From Acidimicrobiia bacterium (GTDB lineage Bacteria > Actinomycetota > Acidimicrobiia > IMCC26256 > PALSA-610), in contig JBBREP010000005.1 of assembly GCA_038202885.1 (NCBI GenBank), positions 15,144 through 79,143 on the forward strand: 64,000 bases of DNA. The letters are read 5' to 3'. This document shows, piece after piece, positions 47,601 to 56,514 of this stretch; the first letter of the stretch is position 1; every line of letters begins with the position of its first letter. The notes beneath the pieces are model-generated. The model saw only the letters and a list, made by a program, of their open reading frames with translations, made no database searches and had not been told where the DNA came from. The position numbers were made by a program, and so were the translations under genes.

Positions 47601-50260
47601 CGGCCTCGCCGCTGCTCATCGGCAACGGCGCAAGCGGCGCCTTTGCGGGCGCCATCGACGAGGTTGCCCTGTACGGGCGGGCGCTCATCCTGAAGGAGAT
47701 CCTGAGCCACTACAACACCGGTGGACCGGTCATCCTGGCGAACTCGCCGCCCACGGCGCAGTTCCAGGCCACCTGCGGCAGCCTCACCTGCGGCCTCGAC
47801 GCGACGCAGTCGTCGGACGCCGACGGCTCGATCGTGTCGTACGAGTGGTCGATCAACGACGGCGGCAGCGCTACCGGCGCGTCGACCGTGTACTCCTTCG
47901 CGACTGCCGGCACCTACCAGGTAACGCTCACCGTCACCGATGATGCCGGGGCGACCGCGTCGACAAGTCAGACATTGGTTGCCGCGCCGGTGCCACCGGC
48001 GGCGTACGCGTCCGACTCGTTCAACCGCACGCTCAACGGAAGCTGGGGCATCGCCGACGACAGCAGTTCCTGGGTCACTCCCGGATCATCGGCGACCTAC
48101 TCCGTGGACGGCGATACCGGCCGCTACACGCTCGCTGGGGCCGGCGCAAGCTCGTCGAGCCGCTTGCCGACTGTGGTCGAGACCGATCTCGACGTCCAGA
48201 CGCGCTTCCAGTTCAACGTCGCACAGAACAATGGCTCGTGGATCAATCTCGTCGGCCGCTTCGTGGCGAACGGTCTCGAATACCGCGGTCGCGTGCGTAT
48301 TGGTGCATCGACGCTCTCGGCCGCCGCGTACCGCGTGTCGGGCGGAGCGACCACACAGGTCGGCTCGCAAGTCACCGTTCCAGGAGTCACGGCGGCGCCA
48401 AATACGTGGTACCGAGTGCGCTTCAACGTCAGCGGCACGAACCCGACGCGCCTGAAGCTGAAGGTCTGGCTCGACGGCACTGCTGAGCCCGCGGCGTGGA
48501 ACGTGGACGTCACCGACAACACTGCGGCACTCCAGACCGCCGGTTCGCCGGGCCTCCAAGCGTTCGCCAACGGCAGTGCGTCGTATCCGCTCGTGTACCG
48601 CTTCGATGACTTCACCGCCGGGCCTGCAAACACCGCGCCCGTCGCGAGCTTCACCACCGACTGCTCGCAGGCGCTCGGTTGCAACGTCGATGGATCGGCG
48701 TCGAGCGATGCCGACGGCTCCGTGGTGAACTACACCTGGAACTTCGGCGATGGCACGAATGGAGTCGGCAGCACGACGTCGCACACCTACAGCACGCCGG
48801 GCACCTATGTGATCACGCTGATGGTGACCGACGACGGTGGCCTCCAGCACTCGACATCACACTCCGTCGTCATCGCATCGGCGTTCACGGCAGCGTTCAC
48901 AAGCAACTGCACGAACTACGCCTGCAGTTTCGACGGGTCAGCGTCGAGCGTGCCGAGCGGCACGATCACGGGGTACGCCTGGAACTTCGGTGATGCCACG
49001 TCGGCCAGCGGCGTCACACCGTCGCACACCTACCTTGCGCCTGGCGTCTACCCCGTCACCCTCACGGTGACCGCCTCGGGAGGAGGCACCGCATCGGCGA
49101 GCCACAACGTGACCGCCGACCTCGCGCCGGTGGCCTCGTTCACGGTGTCGTGCACGCTGACGAGCTGCTCGGTCAACGGTTCGGGCTCGAGCGATCCTGA
49201 CGGAAGTGTCTCGACGTACTTGTGGGACTTCGGCAACGGCACGACCGCGTCGGGTGCCACCGCCACCGCGAGCTATGCGCTCGCGGGTAGCTGGCCGATC
49301 CAGCTCACGGTGACCGACGACCTCGGACGCACGAACACGTCGACGCAGATCGCGACCGCGTCGATTGCACTGCCGCTGGTCACGACGTACGCGAGCGACA
49401 CGTTCACTCGCTCGCAGACCAACGCGTGGGGCACCGCTGGGCTCGGCGGAAGTTGGACGGTCGCGGGCGCGTCGCCCTCACTGTTCGGCGTGAACGGCAC
49501 CGCAGCAACGTTCACGTTGCCGGCAGCGGGCGCGACGGCCGCAGCGCGACTGGACGGCGTCAGTCAGGCTGACGTCGACATCCAGACCACAGTGGCGCTC
49601 AACGCCACGACAACGGGTGCCGGTTCGTGGATCAACGTGCTCGGTCGTTCGATCAATGCGACGACTGAATACCGCGCTCGGATCCGGTTCAGCAGCACTT
49701 CGGTCTACGCGGCGGCATACCGCCTGCCCGGCGGCGCCGCGCAGCTGATCGCGCCGGAGGCCAACACCGGCATCGCGTCGCTCCCGAACACGGACTACCG
49801 CGTGCGCTTCAACGTGAGCGGTGCGAACCCGACCACGTTGCGGATCAAGGTGTGGAATGCGAGTGACCCCGAGCCTGCGGCCTGGAACGTTGTGACGACC
49901 GACAGCACGCCCGCGCTCCAAGTCGCCGGCACCGTCGGCGTGCAGAGCTACGCACGATTGAGCAGCGCTTACCCGTTGGTGTTCGCGGTCGACGACTTCA
50001 CGGTGCGCCAAGCCGTGCTGCCGCCCGTCGCGTCGTTCACCACGGGCTGTGCGAGCACGACGTGCTCGGTCAATGCCAGCGGTTCGTTCGCCGACGCCCC
50101 CATCACCACCTACGAGTGGGTATACGGCGACGGCACGACCGACACGGGTATCACCGCGAACCACACGTTCGCCGTCGCAGGCGCCTACACGATCACGCTG
50201 ACGGTGACCGACTCGCTCGGCACCAGCACCGTCACCACCCGAACCGTCAACGTCAGCTGA
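44699..50260 (+). CDS. Giant secreted multidomain protein (fibrinogen-like, beta-propeller, FN3, LamG, 5 PKD, 2 beta-sandwich)
   Basis: Signal peptide ending PASA; APSC..I.....DGVYW...FYCDM...GGGW; GG.F repeats; HWRLGE...G.IDEVALY; five W.(F)GDG-type PKD repeats. Confidence 0.9.
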   Translation: MSRSVSRAASAALALSLCAAAISSLPATPASAAAPSTPSPATIHTGASTADAAPSCWAIKQSFPASADGVYWLQTPTLIAPQQFYCDMTTQGGGWVMVGRGREGWTFNWRGQSNVTSLRTTVAGTGAFAPAALPTTTIDGLLDGGRVDALADGVRIRRATNSSGTNYQEMRFNYLNLDGWSWDLYGGIPLKSISFDGATTNFSSYSRCSTATTCEVNLDNGLRRVGTKLTSSHNNKQGFAYGDNISGSNSSSSYLWTYTNERSALPFAQVFLRPMLGDANVDFATITNAGTAVQALRPLPVSTPQIMQWGVTDVSKPATDPDPKNDSPVLALAQVGNTMFVGGKFQNVQHGAGGAKTSQPWLAAFDVETGAWINTFRPSLDGAVWDLRASPDGKLFVAGNFTSINGAPNTAGLAKIDPATGNPVSGWTAFVSSPRYNTPRAHARALDIQGNWLYLGGSFNTVTGGPSLTSRSTGGVARVSLTDGTPDATWKGYYDNTVMDISASPDGTRVYVVGFFKNMGTTSAFGTPRDAVAVVDAVSGAAIPGMKQYVPSAADPTRHYQQTIMEYQGSVFLGGSEHDFQKYTRSDLSLVRGNVTEHGGDFQAVAAKDGVVYGSCHCYQGTYADTYSWPPTSNYGRVDNSLWTNAYDATTFDKIPDFDPQWGVNTGTGEGIWELTFDSDGCLWAGGDLIRGGYSGSTPNWLGGFARFCQRDVTPPTSPTNLRTTVSGATTNLQWAASTENTGGAIKYEILRDDRVVAVQGARTFALPDTNYGRWFVRAIDATGNRSASTEVLTVGTKPTYPQLVASTPQVRGHWRLGESATNQAAANAVGADTGTYSGNVTVGAPGVITDATNTAATFAGSDGVVTIPSSATLSPTTATSLEAWVDVADTAGARDIVGKLGTMALRMNGAFSFSVSTGNGTFTATAPSSVTTGRHHLVGTYDGASVRLYDSGALVASALATGTLVNSASPLLIGNGASGAFAGAIDEVALYGRALILKEILSHYNTGGPVILANSPPTAQFQATCGSLTCGLDATQSSDADGSIVSYEWSINDGGSATGASTVYSFATAGTYQVTLTVTDDAGATASTSQTLVAAPVPPAAYASDSFNRTLNGSWGIADDSSSWVTPGSSATYSVDGDTGRYTLAGAGASSSSRLPTVVETDLDVQTRFQFNVAQNNGSWINLVGRFVANGLEYRGRVRIGASTLSAAAYRVSGGATTQVGSQVTVPGVTAAPNTWYRVRFNVSGTNPTRLKLKVWLDGTAEPAAWNVDVTDNTAALQTAGSPGLQAFANGSASYPLVYRFDDFTAGPANTAPVASFTTDCSQALGCNVDGSASSDADGSVVNYTWNFGDGTNGVGSTTSHTYSTPGTYVITLMVTDDGGLQHSTSHSVVIASAFTAAFTSNCTNYACSFDGSASSVPSGTITGYAWNFGDATSASGVTPSHTYLAPGVYPVTLTVTASGGGTASASHNVTADLAPVASFTVSCTLTSCSVNGSGSSDPDGSVSTYLWDFGNGTTASGATATASYALAGSWPIQLTVTDDLGRTNTSTQIATASIALPLVTTYASDTFTRSQTNAWGTAGLGGSWTVAGASPSLFGVNGTAATFTLPAAGATAAARLDGVSQADVDIQTTVALNATTTGAGSWINVLGRSINATTEYRARIRFSSTSVYAAAYRLPGGAAQLIAPEANTGIASLPNTDYRVRFNVSGANPTTLRIKVWNASDPEPAAWNVVTTDSTPALQVAGTVGVQSYARLSSAYPLVFAVDDFTVRQAVLPPVASFTTGCASTTCSVNASGSFADAPITTYEWVYGDGTTDTGITANHTFAVAGAYTITLTVTDSLGTSTVTTRTVNVS

Positions 50261-50274
50261 CGCCGGCGCCGAGG

Positions 50275-50757
50275 TCAGGTCGCGCCTGGATCGCCGTCGG
50301 TGCGGCGTTGCAGCCAGTCCGGCCATGGAACCGGCGGATTCGGAAGCGCAACGATGCCCCGCTCCTCGAGCAGCCGAGCGAAGCCGTCATGGTCAGTAGG
50401 GATTGCACGCGGGTCGCCGCACATGATCTCGTAGAGCGTGGCGCCTTCGGGACCGGCGATGATCGGCCCAAAGACCGCGCCTTGTTCGAGGGTGATGTGG
50501 GTACCGGCCGAGCAGATGCGCTCGCCCACCGTCACTTCGCCTGCCACCACGAACACGAAATGATCCGAGGCGTGGCCGTGGCGTTCGACGACCATGCCAG
50601 GGTCGTAGCGGGCGTAGATCACAAGCCGTTGCGGCGACCACTCGAGGAATTTCTCCCACACTGACACGCGCTGTCCGCCGTGCGATTGCGCCTTGACCTC
50701 GGTCCACGCGTGTTCGTTGATCGACGCGATGAGAGGTCCGCCCTGCTCGTCGGCCAT
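50275..50757 (-). CDS. Cupin-domain protein
   Basis: HGH...FVVAGE...G..FGP..AGPEG; AAGGAG RBS. Confidence 0.75.
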   Translation of the reverse strand: MADEQGGPLIASINEHAWTEVKAQSHGGQRVSVWEKFLEWSPQRLVIYARYDPGMVVERHGHASDHFVFVVAGEVTVGERICSAGTHITLEQGAVFGPIIAGPEGATLYEIMCGDPRAIPTDHDGFARLLEERGIVALPNPPVPWPDWLQRRTDGDPGAT

Positions 50758-50803
50758 GGGTGCTCCTTCGTCGCCGATCTCGGTCGGCGTCCCAGTTCGC
50801 CGA

Positions 50804-51139
50804 CTAGCGGTCTGCGGCCTCTTCGACGGTGAGTTCTGCGGCCGGGTCGGCCTCGAGTCGCTCATCGGGAATCGCAATACCGCTGCGTACCGAAAGACCG
50901 AACGTGCCGTCCTGCAACCGCGCTTCGGCCCTCGCGATGGCGTCGAGGCGATCGCGCAGCTGGACCGCAACCGCGTCCGCGGTCTCCTCGGCAACGAATC
51001 CCTCGGCCGGGTCAGCCATGTCGCCGGGTTCGTTCGCGGCGGCGCGGTCGTCCAACCCGTCGGCGACGACGTCGTCGAGCAGCGCTTGGACGCGTGTGCG
51101 CTCGGCTCGAAGGAGGGCTTCGGCCTTGTCGGGTTGCAT
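50804..51139 (-). CDS. TraR/DksA family protein without Zn-binding cysteines
   Basis: DMADPA (DxxDxA) tip; A.ARL.DGTFG.S..SG..I..ERLEA.P.A..T; GGAG RBS. Confidence 0.8.
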   Translation of the reverse strand: MQPDKAEALLRAERTRVQALLDDVVADGLDDRAAANEPGDMADPAEGFVAEETADAVAVQLRDRLDAIARAEARLQDGTFGLSVRSGIAIPDERLEADPAAELTVEEAADR

Positions 51140-51204
51140 ACGTACTCCATGGTTGCGGGCCGCACGAAGTCGGCCGGCGGTTGGAGTGCCTAGATTACGG
51201 CGCG

Positions 51205-52152
51205 GTGGCACCCGCAATCGCAGTCTCGGGACTCGTGAAGACATTTGGGGCGGCCCGAGCGCTGGACGGGCTCGATCTTCACGTCGATACCGGCGAGGTG
51301 CACGGCTTCCTGGGGCCGAACGGCGCGGGAAAAACCACCACGATCCGCGTCCTCCTCGGCATGCTGCGCGCCGACGAGGGGCGCGTCGAGCTCCTGGGCG
51401 GTGATCCGTGGCGCGATGCCGTCGAGTTGCACCGGCGAATCGCGTATGTGCCGGGTGAGCTCAACTTGTGGCCGAAGCTCAGCGGCGGCGAGGTGATCGA
51501 CATGCTCGGCCGGTTGCGGGGCGAGCTGGATGAGCGCCGGCGCGAGGACCTGATCGAACGCTTCGAGCTCGACCCCACCAAGAAGGCCCGGACGTATTCG
51601 AAGGGAAACCGTCAAAAGGTTGGCTTGGTGGCCGCGCTGGCGTCCGACGCGGAGCTGTTGATCCTCGACGAGCCGACATCGGGTCTCGACCCGCTGATGG
51701 AGGCGGTCTTCCAGGACTGCATACGCGAGGTCAAAGCCGAAGGTCGAACGGTGTTGTTGTCGAGCCACATCCTCGCGGAGGTCGAAGCGCTCTGCGACCG
51801 CGTGAGCATCATCCGCGCCGGGCGAACACAACAGACAGGAACGCTCGCGGAGCTGCGGCACCTCACGCGCACGTCGATCACCGCGGAGACGGCACAGGCG
51901 GCCGACACGCTCGCGAATCTCCTCGGCGTGCACGATCTTGAGATCAACGACACCCATGTGCACTTCGATGTCGACACGGTGCATCTCGAAACGGCGATGC
52001 GTCGCCTGAGCGAACTCGGGATCCGCAGCCTGCTCAGTCACCCGCCGACCTTGGAGGAGCTGTTCCTCCGCCACTACGGCGACGAACTCGCGCGCGAACG
52101 CGATCGTGCGCAGCATGATCGTCCCGACCGCGACGCGTACGACGCACGGTGA
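51205..52152 (+). CDS. ABC exporter ATP-binding protein
   Basis: [17 protein letters not shown] and [10 protein letters not shown]. Confidence 0.92.
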   Translation: MAPAIAVSGLVKTFGAARALDGLDLHVDTGEVHGFLGPNGAGKTTTIRVLLGMLRADEGRVELLGGDPWRDAVELHRRIAYVPGELNLWPKLSGGEVIDMLGRLRGELDERRREDLIERFELDPTKKARTYSKGNRQKVGLVAALASDAELLILDEPTSGLDPLMEAVFQDCIREVKAEGRTVLLSSHILAEVEALCDRVSIIRAGRTQQTGTLAELRHLTRTSITAETAQAADTLANLLGVHDLEINDTHVHFDVDTVHLETAMRRLSELGIRSLLSHPPTLEELFLRHYGDELARERDRAQHDRPDRDAYDAR

Positions 52153-53747
52153 CGACCGCGCCGGTGGAGTTCACGGGCACGGCGATCCTCACGCGCTTCG
52201 TCCTGCGCTCGGAGCGCGTCCGCATCCTCATCTGGATCGCAGCGATTGTCGCGTTAGTCATCGCAACGGTCGCGAGTGTCAAGGGCTTGTACCCCACCGC
52301 AGCTGACCTCCGGCAAGCCGCCATCGCGTCGCAGGGCAACGCCGCGGCGATCGCGTTCAATGGCCCAGCACAGGGTCTCGACACCGTTGGTGGCCAAGTC
52401 GCGTTTCAGCTCGGGGCGATCGGGCTCGTCGTCGTGTCGCTCATGAACCTGTTGCTGATGGGTCGCCTCACCCGCGGCGAGGAGGAAGCGGGCCGCTTGG
52501 AACTCCTGCGATCGCTGCCGATCGGGCCGTACTCCGCTCCCGCAGCTGCGATGGTCACCATCGCAGCCGTCGACGCGATCGTGGGCGGGTTGGTCACTCT
52601 CATTACGCGCGCAGAGGGACTGCCGACCGCCGGTTCGATTGCGTTCGGGGCATCCTTCATGCTCGTCGGCGCGCTGTTCGGCGCAGTCGCGCTGATCGCG
52701 GCGCAGGTAAGTGAGAACACCCGCGTCGTCTACGGCATGGCCGGCGCGGCGCTCGCCGCCTCGTTCGTACTCCGCGCTGTCGGCGACATCGGCAACGGCG
52801 CGATTTCGTGGCTTTCTCCCATTGGTTGGGCGCAAAAGACGCGACCCTTCGCGGGCGAGCAATGGTGGCCGTTCCTCCCCATCATCGCGACAACCGCGGC
52901 GTTGGTTGCGATCGCGGTAGCGCTGTCTCGCCGACGTGACGTCGGCGGTGGTCTCGTGGCGCCGCGCCCCGGTCGCCACCACGCAGCGCCGAGCCTTGGG
53001 CGCCCAGTGGGTTTGGCAACACGACTGCAGCGTGGCAGCGTCATCGGTTGGAGTGTCGGCATCGCACTCACGGGGATCGCCTACGGATCGATCGCCGACA
53101 GCATCAACGACTTCGTCAAGGACAACAAGACCCTCGCCGACATCATTGCGGCCCGCGGCGGAGCAAACCTCATCGACTCGTATCTCGCGATGTCGTTCCG
53201 CATCCTCGCCCTCGCCGCCGCGGGCTTCGCGATGCAATCAGCACTCCGGCTGCGAAGCGAGGAGACGGCGCTCCATGCCGAACAGATCTTGGCGACAGCC
53301 GTCTCGCGCGTCCGCTGGGCCGCGAGCCACCTCACCGTTGCGTTGGGTGGCACGTTGGTAGTGCTGTGCGTTTCGGGTGTGTCCGTCGGCGTGTCCGCAG
53401 CGGTGGTCACCGGAGACCGCGACATGGTGCTGCGCTCCATCGGTGCGGCGCTGGCGTATGCGCCCGCGGTGTGGTTGCTCGTCGGGCTCACCGTCGCGTG
53501 CATCGGGATCGCGCCACGCGCTGCCGCGGCAGCGAGTTGGGGTTTCCTGGCCGTCTGTTTCGTGATCGGGATGCTTGGCCAACTTCTCGATCTGCCCGTG
53601 TGGACGCAGGACGTGTCACCGTTCCAGCACGTACCGCAACTCCCGGCCGCCGATCTCACCGTCGTCCCGTTGCTCACGCTCGCCCTCATCGCGGCCGCGC
53701 TCACCACCACCGGCCTGGTCGGACTGCGCCAGCGCGACATCGGCTGA
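52149..53747 (+). CDS. Double-length ABC-2 exporter permease (tetronasin-resistance TnrB-like)
   Basis: About 12 TM segments; TRGEEE.GR.EL, WLSPIGW and RRD.G; GTGA overlap with the ATPase. Confidence 0.85.
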   Translation: MTTAPVEFTGTAILTRFVLRSERVRILIWIAAIVALVIATVASVKGLYPTAADLRQAAIASQGNAAAIAFNGPAQGLDTVGGQVAFQLGAIGLVVVSLMNLLLMGRLTRGEEEAGRLELLRSLPIGPYSAPAAAMVTIAAVDAIVGGLVTLITRAEGLPTAGSIAFGASFMLVGALFGAVALIAAQVSENTRVVYGMAGAALAASFVLRAVGDIGNGAISWLSPIGWAQKTRPFAGEQWWPFLPIIATTAALVAIAVALSRRRDVGGGLVAPRPGRHHAAPSLGRPVGLATRLQRGSVIGWSVGIALTGIAYGSIADSINDFVKDNKTLADIIAARGGANLIDSYLAMSFRILALAAAGFAMQSALRLRSEETALHAEQILATAVSRVRWAASHLTVALGGTLVVLCVSGVSVGVSAAVVTGDRDMVLRSIGAALAYAPAVWLLVGLTVACIGIAPRAAAAASWGFLAVCFVIGMLGQLLDLPVWTQDVSPFQHVPQLPAADLTVVPLLTLALIAAALTTTGLVGLRQRDIG

Positions 53748-53780
53748 GACCCTGCGATGCCTCAGCTCACGAACGCCGTC

Positions 53781-53797
53781 GTGGCATTTCTTGCCAC
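53781..53797 (+). terminator. Hairpin after the ABC operon
   Basis: GTGGCA-TTTCT-TGCCAC. Confidence 0.4.
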
Positions 53798-53843
53798 CAG
53801 TGGTACTTGCGTCGCAAATATTCATCCTCAGATACCAATGGAC
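53795..53843. repeat. 49-bp inverted-repeat element, copy 1 (degenerate)
   Basis: CACCAGTGGTACTT-GCGTCGCAAATATTCATCCTC-AGATACCAATGGAC; 36 of 49 identical to the copy at 56457. Confidence 0.75.
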
Positions 53844-53900
53844 GGCCAGCGATCCATGGCATAGCGGCCGCTCGACGAGCGCGGCGCGACAGACTGGAGC

Positions 53901-54191
53901 GTGCGCATCGAGATCCACGTCCGGCCCGCGTCATCCAAGACGGTGGTCGGTGGCGAGTACGACGGCGTGCTCGTCGTGCGCGTCGTCGAGCCCGCGGACG
54001 GCGGGCGCGCAACGGCTGCATCGCTGCGGGCCGTCGCCAAGGCCCTCGCGCTCCCTCAGCGATCGGTGACGCTGGCCCGAGGCGCCACCAGTCGGCGCAA
54101 GCTCATCGACATCGCCGTCGCACCCGGCGCCAGCGCGTCGATCACGACCATGCTCCAAGAGCTTCGTGCCAACAGGACCGACGATCGCTGA
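53901..54191 (+). CDS. DUF167 (YggU) family protein
   Basis: IHVRP.SS..VVGG....LVVRV..PA.GG.A and G.TSRRK; GGAG RBS. Confidence 0.85.
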   Translation: MRIEIHVRPASSKTVVGGEYDGVLVVRVVEPADGGRATAASLRAVAKALALPQRSVTLARGATSRRKLIDIAVAPGASASITTMLQELRANRTDDR

Positions 54192-54247
54192 GCAGCGCGG
54201 ATGCGCTCGCCCCTTCTCTCGATCTGCTTCAGACGGCTGGCGCCGGC

Positions 54248-55192
54248 TTATGACTGTGTCTCCAGCGATCGCATTTGCTCCGCAACGGTCACCACGTTCG
54301 TGATGATCTCGCCGAACGAATTCGGGTCGGCAAGCAGCCAACTGTGACCGCCTTCGACCGTATGCACTTCCTTCGCGCCCACCGCTGCAATGAGCGAGTC
54401 GATCGACATCCGGCCCACGATCCGATCGCGCGCACCCCAGACGACCACGACGGGCAGTTCTCGCGCCTTGAGGTCCTCGAGTTCGGTCGTGAGATCGGCA
54501 AAGCGGGCGAGGCTCGCTGCCTGCCAGACCGCACGCGGGTTGCGAAGCGCGTTGATGACCGCATCGTGGACGATCACGGGTAACACACGCCGCATCTGGC
54601 GCGCCGGAAAGATGTCGGCTGGGAAGTGCAGGCCCCAATCCCACAACGGCCGGGCTTTCATCGTCTCGATGATCGAGCCGTGCTTGCGCCATGCCGACCC
54701 ACCGATGGAGTCGATGAGCACAAGGGCCCGGACTCGCTTCGGATGGTCATGAGCAAGGCGGATCGCGACGGCGCCGCCGAACGAATGGCCGACCAGCACG
54801 ACCGGCCCGCCGGTGTCGACAGCACCCAGGAAGCGATCGACCCATTCCGCGTAGTCGCCGAGCTCGGAATGGTCGGGCAACGGCGCACTTGCGCCGTGGC
54901 CCGGCAACGCCGGCGCAATCACGCGAAAGCCTGCCGCGGCGAGCCGCTCGAGGCCGGCACGATAGGTCGAGTTCGTCAGGGCCCAACCGTGCAGAAACAC
55001 GACGGTCGGCGCCAATGAGGTCAACTCCCCCGAGACGCCGTAGCCCACCTGGAGCCCCGCGATCATCGTGGTCCGCCACTCGAATGACACGCGTTGCGAA
55101 TCGGCGCCACCGGAAACGGCCTCCGTCTTCGGCGGGGAAACGCCGTCACGGGACGCTACGGCGACAGACGGATTGATGCGCGAGATCGGCAC
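54248..55192 (-). CDS. Alpha/beta hydrolase
   Basis: VFLHGW, PALPGHG, GHSFGG and GGHSW. The start is uncertain (55192 or 55066). Confidence 0.88.
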   Translation of the reverse strand: MPISRINPSVAVASRDGVSPPKTEAVSGGADSQRVSFEWRTTMIAGLQVGYGVSGELTSLAPTVVFLHGWALTNSTYRAGLERLAAAGFRVIAPALPGHGASAPLPDHSELGDYAEWVDRFLGAVDTGGPVVLVGHSFGGAVAIRLAHDHPKRVRALVLIDSIGGSAWRKHGSIIETMKARPLWDWGLHFPADIFPARQMRRVLPVIVHDAVINALRNPRAVWQAASLARFADLTTELEDLKARELPVVVVWGARDRIVGRMSIDSLIAAVGAKEVHTVEGGHSWLLADPNSFGEIITNVVTVAEQMRSLETQS

Positions 55193-55232
55193 TGCGCCCC
55201 TCGGTTCGTTGGTCAACGTGGTGCCAGGATGC

Positions 55233-56354
55233 TCACCAGCGCAGGAGCGCACCGATGCCCTCGGCCGGACCGCCACCGCCCGGCACTACCCAGACGCCCG
55301 CACTCGTGCCCAACGCCGCGCGGATCGCGACGTCGACCAGGAGGCTTGACTTCGGCGTGGTGACGCCGAGTTCGCGCAACTCCTCCGCGCCGGCCGATAC
55401 GGGCACCGGGCCGTCACCGAACCATGCCCGCCGATCGTCGCTCCAATCGTGATGCACGAGCAGCAGCTCAACCCGACCTTGTTCCAGGGCATGCAATGTG
55501 CCGACGACCCCCTCGACCGCACGGTCTTGTTGCCCACGCGCCTCGCGAAACGTTTCGAGCACAGCCACCGTCGACCGGGCCGCCGCGGTCATGACCCAGC
55601 GGTGCGCCTCCTCGGCGACGGCATCGTCAGAACCGTGGGCCGACCGACCCCCCGCCACGTGCTCGGTAAGGCGTACCGTGCGGTCGGGCAGGTGATGCTC
55701 GAGCAACTCAACGGCGCGTACATCTCCGGCAACGACGATGACCTCGGCGCCGACCTCGTCGCTGGCCCGCTGCACCTCGTCGGCAATCTGGCGTGCGTTG
55801 GCTTCCCACGAGTTCTCGGCTCTGCGCTGGTACCGCGACTGTGACCAACCGCCAGGTGCAACTTTGCGCATCGGCGTCGTGTGGTCGCCATCGACGGAAC
55901 GCACCTCGCGGTCACCATGTCGAGGGACAACAGTGATGTCGGCGCCGCGCCGGTCTGTGAGCACCACCACGTAGGGCGGCGACTGTTGCCTCCAGCGGAT
56001 GAGCGGGCTGATGACCGGCACGCCGTCCCAGGACGCGAAGTCCGACGGAGGGGCGTCGGGACCGTGCTCGACGTGCACGAGCGCGTCGGCCGACGCGAAT
56101 GCCGCGAGACACGCACCATGCATGTGCGCGTCGGCGACGAGTGCTTCGATGCGATCGAGCGCGCTCGCAGGCGCATCTTGGTCTTCGAGCACGGACCGCA
56201 GGTTGCCCCAGCGTTGGAGCGATGCGACGCCCGCATTCACAATGTCGCCTTCGGTCGCCATGTACACGCTGACCATCGGCGTAGCCGAGGCCGCGAGTTC
56301 GTGCAGGTCCGCCCAATGGCTGGAACCGGCGAGGGTCTTTGCGGAGAGGTCCAT
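55233..56354 (-). CDS. Bacterial eRF1/Vms1-like peptide release factor family protein (baeRF2 type)
   Basis: KVAPGGWSQSRYQRRAENSW..NA, IVVAGDVRA, AVEG...L..L.QG.VE.LL and a C-terminal GIGALLRW. Confidence 0.8.
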   Translation of the reverse strand: MDLSAKTLAGSSHWADLHELAASATPMVSVYMATEGDIVNAGVASLQRWGNLRSVLEDQDAPASALDRIEALVADAHMHGACLAAFASADALVHVEHGPDAPPSDFASWDGVPVISPLIRWRQQSPPYVVVLTDRRGADITVVPRHGDREVRSVDGDHTTPMRKVAPGGWSQSRYQRRAENSWEANARQIADEVQRASDEVGAEVIVVAGDVRAVELLEHHLPDRTVRLTEHVAGGRSAHGSDDAVAEEAHRWVMTAAARSTVAVLETFREARGQQDRAVEGVVGTLHALEQGRVELLLVHHDWSDDRRAWFGDGPVPVSAGAEELRELGVTTPKSSLLVDVAIRAALGTSAGVWVVPGGGGPAEGIGALLRW

Positions 56355-56456
56355 GCGTCCAGCATCGCGGGATCCGCCCTCGCACTCCAGGGCCGAAGGA
56401 CCCTCTCCGGTCGGGTTATGGCCCCGATCGTCGTGCTCGCCGCCCGCTAGGCGCGG

Positions 56457-56505
56457 GTCCATTGGTACTTCCGGTGCGATTATTCAACGGCAAGTACCAA
56501 TGGAC
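56457..56505. repeat. 49-bp inverted-repeat element, copy 2 (perfect 14-bp arms)
   Basis: GTCCATTGGTACTT-CCGGTGCGATTATTCAACGGC-AAGTACCAATGGAC. Confidence 0.85.
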
Positions 56506-56514
56506 GCCAGAGGA

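Noticed and set aside
56467-56495. ACTT-N21-AAGT core of the 49-bp element as a dif/Xer site
   Set aside because: It is 29 bp rather than 28 and has no TTATG(T) XerD arm.
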